Shown one piece after another: positions 41,442 through 53,169 of a stretch of 64,000 bases of DNA; position 1 is the stretch's first letter, and every line of letters begins with the position of its first letter. A program made the translations under genes and the position numbers. Origin of the DNA: Paraspadella gotoi (taxonomy: Eukaryota > Animalia > Chaetognatha); the NCBI GenBank assembly GCA_051294375.1, contig CM119266.1, forward strand, positions 17,168,087-17,232,086, in the 5' to 3' direction. Under the pieces are notes generated by a model. It was not told where the DNA came from. It saw only the letters and a list, made by a program, of their open reading frames with translations, and did not search any database.

Positions 41442-41741
41442 ACAGAAAATCAATGCGAAATTATAACAAAACATAACAAAACAGATTGGTAAGGTTTTTG
41501 TACATATGTTTCAGACTTATGTCGTTACCTGGTCAACTGAAAATGTGTGCACATAAAGTCACTACGGCGCAACCAATGAACTTGCGGGCTCATGTTTTTT
41601 AATCTTTCCTTCTTTCACATAAATCATTTTTATGCGTGAAACGAGAAAGAAAAATAAGTTTATGATCGAGAAGAAGAAGAAGAATTAGGGAGAAAAAAGA
41701 AGAAGAATATTTATAAGAGGAAAAAGGAGAGCAAAAAGTTG

Positions 41742-42010
41742 AGCGAATATTTTAACTATGCCCCAATTCAGCTTAAATTAGTTTTGGGTTATGGGTTTGG
41801 GTTAGAAGATAAGGTTAGAGGTTAGTTGAGTGATTTGGTTAAGGATGAGCTCTAGTCTGGGCATAGATAAGATTATGGTGGGGATAAAGGTAAGCAATTA
41901 GTGTTAGGCATTAGTTTAATTATTTAGCCGGAGATCAGAGTTAAATATTCAAGTTAAAATTTAGTTCAGGTATTAGAAACAGAAATGGGGCGCTCTCGGA
42001 AAATAGTGCC
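41742..42010. mobile_element. Longer member of the same MITE family with degenerate GGGTTA-like interior
   Basis: Right end GAAATGGGGCGCTCTCGGAAAATAGTGCC nearly equals 37748-37776. Interior reads gggtta/gggttt/aggtta. Related single termini occur at 903-926, 3627-3651 and 4198-4228. Confidence 0.55.
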
Positions 42011-42193
42011 GGAAAGTTATAAGAAATTTGATGATTTAAGGTTCAGATCATTCAAGTTCCTGCCGAACCGCCGCCGCCGTCGCCGCCGCCGCCAGCACCG
42101 CTCTATCATATCTGCCAACCTTGCAGCCTTTTTCACGATCAAGGAAAATGGGTAGTCATAGATCAGTCATGATACAAAGATTATGATGGAAAT

Positions 42194-42560
42194 ATGACAT
42201 CGGAAGTGAACCCTGAAATGACGCCAGAAGTATCGCTAGAATTAAAGCAGGAAGTGACGCCGGAAGTGGTGCCTAAAGTGACGCCGGACGTGAAGCCTGA
42301 AGTGATTTCGAAAGTGACGCCATAAGTGACGCTTGAAGGGAAGTTCATTATAACACGGGGAGTGATATCGGAAGTGATATCGAAAGTGACACTGGAAGCG
42401 ACGCCGGAAGTGATGCCTGAAGTGATGTAGAAATTGATTTCGAAAGTGAAGATGGTAATGACATCGTGATCGACGCCCAAAGTCTTTCCGGAAATGATGC
42501 TGAGACAGACAAAAATGTGATGTCGGATGTAACACCAGAAATGAAACCGGAAATGACGCC
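42194..42560. repeat. Degenerate 12-bp minisatellite, consensus CCGGAAGTGACG
   Basis: Recurrent gaagtgacgccg/gaagtgatatcg units. The minus strand reads as a TSGV-repeat ORF, while the plus-strand PEVT frame has stops. Confidence 0.8.
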
Positions 42561-43123
42561 TCGAGGGACAAATGGGTGAAAACCGAGAATTCTCGGAGGA
42601 GTTGGGCGCCAAAGGAGGAAGAGGAGGAGGAAGAGGGGGAGGAAGAAAAATAAGAAGACAAGGATGGAAAGGAGGAAAAACAGAGAAAAGGACGAAGAAG
42701 AAGAGGGGGAAGAAGATGAGAAGGTTAACAGCAAGACGGAAAGTAAATTAGTTTATTACAAAAATTCTGAAAACTTGGAATAATTTTCAATTTCACGAAA
42801 TTTTTTAATTAAGGAACTGGAGTCTGAAGAGACAAAATTCCGTTTGAACATTTTAGAGAAAGAAAAACTTGAGATGAATTTAAATCCAAAAAAAAAGAAG
42901 ATTATTTTAAGTAAATTTACTGTACACTTATTTGCTCCTTTTTAAAATATTAAGTCAAACCTGGAGGCTTACTTCAAACTGTAATTTGAGAGTACTATAT
43001 TCCATTGATACATAATTACTTAACAAAACGAACAAAATAAACACAAACCGAAAGTCGAAAACGACGTTTAGGGTCGCAGACCGAACTGAAGGGTCATCTT
43101 TGCTCTTTCCTGGGCCATTGGGG

Positions 43124-43209
<86 letters not shown>

Positions 43210-43500
43210 GATATCCCGATAACTTCTTTAGGTTCAAAGTTCGACTTCTGTTTTCGCGAAAATAAAAATCCAACGACGACGAACGACGACGACGACGACG
43301 AACGACGACGACGAACGACCACGACAACGGACGACAACGACGACGACTACGATGATGGCAGAGTCGAAAAAAATATTCTTCCGTATAACATTATCTCTTG
43401 ACATGTCACGTACCTTATGCCTTTCATGTCTTGTTAAGTCATGTCTCTCATATAACTTTTTTCCTTTTTTTTTTTGATTGTTTTCTTCTTCTCAGTAAAA

Positions 43501-43575
43501 ATGGGTAGTGCCCTCGCAAAAAGAGAGACGAGCCGAGGCAAGGCTACGGCAAGATCTAAAGTTCCTGACGAGGAG
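43501..43575 (+). CDS. Candidate first coding exon MGSALAKRETSRGKATARSKVPDEE (possible N-myristoylation); downstream exons not found
   Basis: Strong polypyrimidine tract with cAG 5 nt before AAAATGG, 25 codons of higher GC, and a phase-0 donor GAG|GTAACT. Confidence 0.4.
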
Positions 43576-44298
43576 GTAACTTGACGAGAAAAATCTCCCC
43601 CTTAGGTACCTAAGTGAGGGGGTATATCCCTTGCGACTAAAGGGCATTGCGCTCTCCCAAAATTCATAAATTACAAAGCTAAAAATAAAATTGTTTCGTG
43701 CAATAACACTAATTAGAATCGTTTAACTAATTGAAGCCAATTTTAAAATTTTCGCTTTATGACTTACATCCTTGGAGATAAACTGTCATTTTTCCCGTCG
43801 AAATTAAAACGAGGTTGACGGACGAGGAAGAGGAGGAGGAGTAGGGGAAGGAGGAAGAGGAGGAGGAGGAGTTAAATGATGTCGAATGAAGTGGTGAGAC
43901 GAAATTGAGTGAGACGAAATTGAATTGAAGGTGAGAAAAAGTCTAGATTTCACAATTTACAGTTTCTTTTTTCTCTCTCTCTCTTTTTAGTTTTCTTGAA
44001 CACAAAGTAAATGAAATAAAAATATTGGTTGATTTTTCTTGGTATTTTTTTCAGGCGGTTCCTTTTTTTTCTTCTTTTCATTCGGTGATAAAGGTTGATG
44101 ATTATGATGATGATGATGATGATGACGATGATGACGACGACGATTCCTAAAGTGTGATTGATGATGACAGCTACGTCGACAAAGAAAGTGACTGATTCGC
44201 TTCGAATTTGTTGTTGTTGTTGTTTTGGTTTTGAAAAGGAAGACGAGGAAATGATAGCTGTAACAAAGGGAAGGAGAGAAAGGGAACGATATTTGACC

Positions 44299-44353
<55 letters not shown>

Positions 44354-44581
44354 GAGAGAGAGAGAAAGAGAAGAGAGAGAGAGAGTAGAGAGAGAGAGAG
44401 AGAGAGAGTGGACAGATGTGGGAGATAGGAAAAAATCTTTACCTTCGCTGATAGCGAATATTAAATTTTTTTTTTTGGTTATTGTTTTTTAAACGACGAA
44501 GTCGAAGATTAAATGACGACGACGACGACAACGACGAATACGACGACCATGACAACCAGTTTTGTATCAATAATTTTAATT

Positions 44582-45782
44582 TTTAGTCGGATCTGCTCAT
44601 CGCAGATTCTGACTCTATAAATCAATAATTCACTTTGTCGGTCCGTCGGTCCCACCCCAAAATCTTGTCGATAAATCATTTTTAAATAGAAAAAACAAAA
44701 GTAACATTTACTTAAATTGTTTTAACTTATATTTACTCATAATTAATATATTTATTCAAAATTGGATAAATAAATTGTATTTTGACTTTCTTTTTGCTGG
44801 TAGTGATCCGGTAGTGATCCGGCTGGAAAAATGCCGAGTGCCACTCGAATATCTCTCTGACCTGATAGGCCTGTCGAGGGCCCTCCTCTCACACTCACTC
44901 TCTCTCTCTCTCGCTCTCTCTCTCAAACTAATGTTAGAAATATTTGTTTATTGATTTCATTTACTGATGAAGAACTCGTAATAAGAGTCGAAACATGTCC
45001 ATTATAATAAAAACTAAATTGATGTTACAATGGATTTTTCGTTATTACCTTTAGCTCTAAGATAAATAAATTGAAAATGAATTTTTGTGTGTGATTTTGG
45101 GTGTGATTAAGTTGGATTTAAATTTTTAATAGAATCGTAGGAGTGGAAAAGAGTTAGAAGTTAGAAGTTAGAAAACCAAAAGACACATTTATTTGAATTT
45201 TAAAAGTTTCTCTCAATCTCTCTCTGATTGATTGATAGATTGATTGATTGTTAATTTGGTTAAATGATTGATTGATAAATTTGTTAATTTGATTGAAAAA
45301 TCTGTTATGATTTATAATGTTATGATGTAGTTCTGATTAGTTAATAGTTATGTTTCTCTCTCTCTATTTATTTATGAATTTTCTTGTCACATTCTCATTG
45401 TATCATTGATTAATGATGATCGATTAATAATTATTGATTGATTGATTATCATCACATCAATTATCGATTATTATCGTATCTACTATTATGGCATCAATAA
45501 ATGGTTACGATTGCATCGCTAAATCCTCAGGTGACATCGCTTTAATAAATTGGAATCAACAATCAGGAATTGAAGATTGGGAAGTGATGATTGGGAATTT
45601 ATTTATTTTAAAAATAATTTTTCTGGCAAGATCACTATACTAAAAAATTTGGATTTTATGTAATGATTTTTTGTAATATGTAATGATCACAAATTAAAGG
45701 ACTCATCGTGACTTATCATTTGGTTAGCTGCTTACCGCTAAATTATCGTAGGCAGATCCGACATTGTTTGCTCAAACTTGTT
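44582..45782 (+). mobile_element. Non-autonomous Helentron-associated (HINE / DINE-1-like) element
   Basis: T-run followed by a perfect 11-bp subterminal inverted repeat GTCGGATCTGC (44586) / GCAGATCCGAC (45752). A partial inverted copy follows the 5' repeat, then a GTCG/GTCC microsatellite. The 3' end has stem-loop GTTTG-ct-CAAAC and TTGTT. Confidence 0.7.
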
Positions 45783-47191
45783 AATATCGCTCTTTATATT
45801 CTTTCTCAAGATTAAATTATCGCCAACGAATTAAATATGAATTTTAGAAGATAAATGAAAAAATGGGAAAAAAAGAACAAAAAGACAAAAAAGCAGATGT
45901 CGTTGACTTTAAAATCCAAACTGCTTTGCTTATGTTGCTTGATCATTTTCCCAAAAATAAACAAAAGAACATTTAATTTTTGAGAAAAACATAAAAAAAA
46001 AAAAAAAAAACAAACGATGAAGACAAAAGAAGGACGTCAGTCGAAAAAATAAATAAAAAGTAATAAGTAATAAGTAATAAGTAAAAAGTCGGAAAAACAA
46101 AAACAGAGAATATTGAAGACAAAAACAAAAATCCAAAAACAAAAGCTTAAAAAACCACAAACAAACAAAAAGACAGAAACAAGTAAATAAAATATATTGA
46201 TCAGCAAAAAATAATTCTAAATTGAACAGGAGACAAAATTATTAATCTTAGATTTTCAAATTTGTTACGAAAAAACTTTGTTAAAAAAATTTGGGAAATT
46301 TCTTTTTTAAATTTTTTGTTTTGTTTTTGTGAAACTATACGTTTTGTTATAAAATATTCGTTTTAATTTTCTTGGGGATTTTTTTTTCGGTATCTTTTGT
46401 TTTCTTTTTCGCTCGAGGCAAAAATCAGTTCCGTTTCTTCCAAAATGGCGACCATTTTTTTTCTCATATTATTGACGTTTCATTTTCAAATTGAGTCTCT
46501 GATTTCCAGATGCGAATCAAACGTCATTTTGATTTTAATTTTTTTTTGCTGCTTTAATGTTTTAATTATTTTAATTTTTATTTTTTCAAAAATGCTTTTC
46601 CGATATAATATATATATATATATAAAATGCATGAAGATTAATCTGAAGATAGTTAAAGACAAAGCTAAATATAAAATTTTTTCTCTATTTTTTCGGTTCT
46701 GGGTTTTTTTTTGGAGGAAGACTACTTAAGCAACGAGGCAACGAAAGAAAGAGCGAGAGAGAGAGAGAAGAAAAACAGAGAGAGAAAGAGTCAAGTGCAA
46801 GAAAAAGTAAGGGAGAGTTTGAGAGAGAGAGAGAGATAGGAAAAAATGGAGGATGAAGAGGAGAATACATAATGAACTTAAAAGCAAGAGAAAAATGAGA
46901 AGAAAGGAAAGGAGAGACTATTTGAAGGAAAGTCGGGAATGGAAGGGAGTAAATAGAAAATTTAAGGAAAAATGGAAGGGAGGCAAATGAAAAGTTAGGA
47001 AGAAAATGAAAATAATAAATTGATAAAAATACGTTTAAAATTGAGTTTATGTATTAAAGAACAAAAAAGTTGCAAGAGCCGAGAACTTAGGGAAAAAAGT
47101 GAAAGAAAAACGAAAGAGAAAACGATTTATGGCAACACAAACATGGAGCCGAGACAACAAATAGAGAGACGAGTGAGAGAGTGAGAGAGAT

Positions 47192-47264
<73 letters not shown>

Positions 47265-47363
47265 AGAGAGAACTGTGTAATCAGAGCGACAAGTAAAGAG
47301 AAAGTAAAGTAATAGATAAAGAGGAAATTCTTTGGCTGATTCCCGAGAGGGATACCAAAGAGA

Positions 47364-47445
<82 letters not shown>

Positions 47446-47933
47446 AGAGAGTCAACCGAGACGGAATAAGTAATTGAAAGAGTGAATGCGAAATTGAATC
47501 GAGAGTTAGAGGAAGAAAACACAAGGCGAAATGAAATATTTTTCGCTGTATTACGATTTTTGTGGGGTTGAAAAATTAAAAAGTCTTTTAGAAAAAAAGG
47601 TTTTTGGAACTTAAAAAACTGAGAGAGACAGAGAGTGATAGATATATAGAGAGTGATAGAGAGAAAGGCGGGTGGGATAGAGAGAGGGAGAGAGAGTGAT
47701 AGATAATAGAGAGTGATAGAGAGGAGGGGAAACAGAGAGAAGAGAGGTAGAGGGGGAGAAGGTATAGATAAAGTGATAGAGAGTGAGGCGGAAAACAGAG
47801 AGAGATAGGAGGGTGGGATCGAGAGAGGAGAGAGAGAGTGAGGAAAAAAAAGAGACAGAGAGAGAGATTATATTGGCGCATAAATACGGAAAATAGTAGG
47901 AGCGTTGACCGGATTTATCGGAGGATGTCATAT

Positions 47934-48015
<82 letters not shown>

Positions 48016-48383
48016 AAGAGAGAGACGAGAGAGAAACGAGAGCAATGATATTTGAGCAGAAAGTTAAGTAAGCTCCAGATCATCTTGAGCTCATCGCAAA
48101 ATCTTTCTCATCGGCAGTTTTCTTGGTAGATTAATGAATGACTCTGGGGGAAAATAAATCAGCTTGGTTGCACAGTTGCTTCGCAAAGCAAATTTAAAAT
48201 CACCTTTGCTCCACAGTTGCTTTGTATGCAAATTTAATCACAAAAACTGAGGTTTCAAAATTGTTAGTAAACCCGTATAATATAACTTGTTTTCTTAAGT
48301 TACGCAAATGGAGAGTTATTGAGTTATAGAGTTCATTGAGAGGAGAGATCAATATTCTTTACAAGGAAAGGCAACGACGCCAG

Positions 48384-48466
<83 letters not shown>

Positions 48467-48556
48467 CCTTTGTGCGGAAGAAATGAAAAAATATCGAGAA
48501 ATTGGTGAAGAGGGGGATGCACACAAGGGGATGAAAATGTTTTTGTTACTTTTCTA

Positions 48557-48916
48557 GGCAGATCTCGTCCGTCGGTCCCCCCCGGAAAATCTGTCGGTAA
48601 GTTACATAAATCATATCAAAACATCGAATTATGATAATGTATGGAAAAAAAATGTTTGTCCATCCGTCTGTCCCTTAGCTTTGAACGCCAAAAACCCATG
48701 ATCTGATTGGGCGATTTACTTGAATTTTGTATGTGGGTAAAGAGGTGTGTTATTGAGCTGGAAACAAGTTTTTTTGGAATCGTCGATCTAAAAATGAGTT
48801 GAATTGGAAATATTATTTTTAAAAAGAAATTACAATTAATCATAAACTTATTATCTGATTAGATTACCGCCTAATGGTCGTGGGCAGATCCGGTATTTTT
48901 AGCTCAACTCAAACTT
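48557..48916 (+). mobile_element. Diverged, 5'-truncated member of the same HINE family (also about 61517-61880)
   Basis: GTCCGTCGGTCCC...AAAATCTGTCG resembles 44641-44670, and TTACCGC...GGCAGATCCG...CTCAAACTT resembles the 3' end at 45732-45779. Confidence 0.5.
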
Positions 48917-49989
48917 TCACAAGGTGATTAAAGGAAAAATATTCAATAATTAATCGACAATTAAACCAAAACAATTTTTTAAACCTACAATAATTCAACA
49001 GACGACTAATTAACTCACAAATGCCCACATCAAACTCTTTATTGTCAATAGGATATATCCTTTACCAATATTTTTGTTTTCTCTACTCTTCTTCCTTCCC
49101 AGTTCAACTCTTTCTCTTTCACTTTTGTTAGATTATTTTCCTTTTTTTTTCCGATAGCAATCAATCTTTTTTTCTTTTTTTTTTGATCGCATCCGATGCA
49201 AACACTTGAGTGCAAATAATCACTGGCGTTCGCCTCCGATGCAATCGCTCCTCTGGTAGCAAATTAGTTAACTGTGCGCATGGATTTCGGTTCCGTTATT
49301 TTGGGGGGCTCAGAGTCATATCGAGTGCTCGCAGACCAACTTTTGTATCGGTCTGTCTGTCAGTCGCGTCTGTCTTTTCATCAGTCTGTCCCTTTCGGGT
49401 AATCCTGCATCTTTTTAGTTATTACTTTGAGTTGGTAAAGAAGTTAGGTACGATGAGACGATTAATGTTCGCAGGTTTCATACTTTAGTAGTCACGTGAT
49501 CATCTGAAAGGCGTTCTTATAAAGTTACATTTTTAAATAAAATAATTAATATAAATATTTTTTACATTTTGTACCTTTTTTAAATAGTATAAATGATATG
49601 TACATAAACATATATTATATTATATATTATATATAACATATATACCTAAAAATAATGAAATGAAAATAAATAAATAAATAGGTACATTAAAATAAAATAA
49701 AATACAAAATGAAGATTAATGAAAATTAAAAACAATAAAAACAAAAATAAAAAGAAATGAAATACTAGAAATAAGAATTGAAATACATTTTTAAAATTTT
49801 AAAATAAAAATAATTTTTTACATGCTTTCAGCCAAACATGTGCTCTCAGATTTTGATTTAGATAACAGGGATAATATGAAGTGAAAGAAATGATTTTATT
49901 TTATCGAGTTTCTTTAATTTTATTAGAATTTGAAATAAAATCGATTCTTGACTCGAGGGGAAAAACTGGTCTAGCCTTTCTTTCCATTG

Positions 49990-50325
49990 GAGGAAAGGAA
50001 GGAAATTGAAAAGAAAAGGGAGGAATGGGAATGAATAAAAAGAAAGAAATGGGAAGGAAGGAAAAAAGAGGAATTGAAAAGGATAAGGAAAGGGAAAATT
50101 AAAATTAAAGGATTAGGAGGGAGAAGGAAAAGAAAGGGGAAAGGAATATTAAAAAGGAAAGGAATGGGAAGGAGGAAAAAAAGAGAGAATTGAATGAGAG
50201 GAGAGGAAAAATTAAAATTGAAAGGAATTATCGAGGGAGAAAGGAAAAGGAAAAGGAGGAAAGGGAATATTAAAAAGGAAAGGAATGGGAAAGCAAAAAG
50301 AAGGAGAAAGGAAAATAAATGGAAA
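49990..50325. repeat. Polypurine low-complexity tandem repeat (GGAAAGGAATGGGAAG-like; also about 62945-63290)
   Basis: Direct inspection. Confidence 0.8.
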
Positions 50326-50697
50326 GAGACTTAGACGCGAAGCGAACATCTTGATGAAAAACTAATGAAAAGAATTTTTCGTGAAAAGGAGCGGAAAAAG
50401 CGGAGCAAAGAAGCGATCGCGACACCGAAATTGGAATACCGAGCGGCGGACAAAAATGTCACAATTTTTCCAAAATTCATTGAAAAAAAATTTTCTCTTC
50501 TTTCCGAAAGAAAATTTCAAAATTTAAAAAATATTTCATTTGTCCCAAGATATTTTTTTAGAAAACCAAGCTGAGACTCAATAACTCGTCTAGTTAGTTG
50601 GTTTATATTAATTGTATTCGATGCTTAATAAAATATTGACGATCAAAACAGAAAATTTTCGACGAGACGAAAGACGGCGAACGGATTTTTGGACGCG

Positions 50698-50796
<99 letters not shown>

Positions 50797-51005
50797 GTGC
50801 CGGAGGAAAGAGAGAAAGTAATTGCGAGGAGTGATAGGAAAGAAGTGATGGGGCGAAGTGACTAGTGATTAGTGATAGGAAGAAAGTAATAGAGCGAATG
50901 AAAGAGAGGAGTGATGAAGAATGATTATGAATTTATGATGAGCAAGACGTGAGAGTGATCGGTTTTTTCAAGATTGACTCTGCGTGAATTCCAGCGTGAA
51001 TCCAT

Positions 51006-51056
51006 ATAATAATAATAAATAAATATAATAATAATTAATAATAATAATTAATAATA

Positions 51057-51102
<46 letters not shown>

Positions 51103-51121
51103 TAATAATAATAATAATAAT
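51006..51121. repeat. (TAA)n microsatellite
   Basis: Direct inspection. Confidence 0.95.
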
Positions 51122-51450
51122 ACTGAACTGAGGCACTTTTCAATGACATAATTGATTTTTGACACTTGGCTGTGACATTTCTTAAAGACTTAATTAAATA
51201 TTAAAACGTTATTCCAAAACGTCTGATAAATCTCAGCACTTGAACTGTACCAGTCCAATATATCCATTTGAGATATTCAGTTTAAATTTACTACTTCACT
51301 GTGATATATATTCTCAATGATATTGTTGCGGGCATTGCCCAGTTCACCCCGAAATTAGTCATCGTTCAACACAGTCGCGGAGGTGGTGGCTCATGAGTCA
51401 ATGAGCTTATAGCTAATAATCATTGAGCTTCTATATTCCCAAACGGTTAC

Positions 51451-51999
51451 GGGTGCTTGCCCTTCGTAAGCGTGAGGAGGGCTTTTAACCGCGTTTGGGC
51501 CGTGGAGAACACAAGCCTCCTTCCATCGCTGCTGAGTAATCTAAAAAAGTTTATTTATAACTTTTTTAACTAACTCTAGCAGCATGAAATGGCTCCTGGC
51601 TTAGAGAGTTTTTTCAAGCGCCAAGCAGGTTTACGGTTGTCCTCACGCTTCACAAAAGGAAGCATTCAGGTTGGATTGAACCGGTGTCATTGATATTGCG
51701 GGGTGAACGTTTTGACGATCACTTCGGAAGAGGAGGCTGAGAAAGAAGAAAAAAGAAGAGGAGGAAGGAGTAGGAGGAGAAGAGGGAGAGGAAGGAGAAA
51801 AGAAACTGGGTGCGGGGTGCTTCCCTTTCGTAAGCATGAGGAGGCTGTTAACCGCGTTTGGGCCGTGGAGAACCCAAGCTCCTTCCATCGCTGCAGAGTA
51901 ATCTAAAAAAGTTTATTAATAACTTTTTAAACTGACTCTAGCAGCATGAAATGGATCCTGGCTTGGAACTGAGCTTGAGAGTTTTTTCAAGCCGCCAAG
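51451..51999. repeat. Direct repeat of about 180 bp (51451-51625 and 51815-51999)
   Basis: Shared GGGTGCTT.CC.TTCGTAAGC.TGAGGAGG...CCGCGTTTGGGCCGTGGAGAAC...TCTAGCAGCATGAAATGG...TTTTTTCAAGC. Confidence 0.8.
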
Positions 52000-52271
52000 A
52001 GAAAGAAGGAGGAAGAAAAGAAAAGAAAAGAAAGTCGAGGAAGAAAATAAAAATAAATAAAATAAAATAAAATCAGTAGTTAATACGTATTTAATAATAA
52101 TAAATATTTGGGATTAAAAAAAAACCCAAGAACTTTTTTCGAAACAATAGATTCTTAACCTATGAGTCATATGATTCTGGAGCTAAAAAAGGTTTAAGAT
52201 TGAGGTCAAGATGGACAGAAAGTCTCAAAAGGACATCGGACGCTGAAGATTGACTAGAGTCTGTAGAGAGT

Positions 52272-52332
<61 letters not shown>

Positions 52333-53169
52333 TTTGATTATCGGCTAAATGTCTAATTGTCAAATTGTCCAAATTGCTTAATTGTCGAGGCTGTCAGGCT
52401 TTACAACGTTTTCATTATCTAGAGTTGGCGCGCATATTTCTCGTGCAATTCCATTGGACAGCGTGCAAATCCTGTCGAGTCAAAAATCGCTTAAAAAAAA
52501 AATCTCAAACACTTTTTTTTTCTCTAAGAGGATGAAGATGAGGAGGATGAGGGGAAGAGGAGAAAAATGATGAGGAAAGGAAGAGGAGGGGAAGGAAATA
52601 GACTGATGTGAAAAGTAGAAGAGGACTTTACAGAAACGTGTATAAACTAAATTGAAAGTGATAATAATAAGACCGGAAGAAAGCATATCTATTTTGGTGA
52701 CAAAACAAATGGTATTAATATTCATAGGTTTTTTACGTACTTTACATGAAACTATCGTAAGGAATGCACAGATTATCTTGTAAAAGGCTTAACCACCATA
52801 GCCTGTCCAAATTCAGGGGAAAATATAGCTTATTTCATACATAATCTATCTAATTTGACGTTATTCTGTCCCTACAAATGAAGATTAAGATACCAGATTT
52901 GTTTGCAAATTCTCATTCTTATGGAAGTCAACTACGACACTTCGTTTCTATGGCAATCATCTCACGTTTTCCTCAAATATTTTTTTTCTGAAGACGACGA
53001 GAAAGAAAAAATTTGTTATCTCATTTTGTTCTTAAATTGTAACAAATTTTAAATTTTAAAGTTTTCATATTTGATTTTCTAATACTTTTTTTTTACTTAG
53101 ACGAGCGAACAAACTTAATTTACTTAACTTAATTAATAGATATAGATAAGCTTGCACATCGATTGACAA

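Noticed and set aside
40284-42560. CRISPR-like arrays
   Set aside because: Units are 12-13 bp, contiguous and degenerate, with no unique spacers or cas genes, in a eukaryotic context.
43594-43622. Hairpin around the palindrome CTTAGGTACCTAAG
   Set aside because: Short, single occurrence in an intron with no supporting context.
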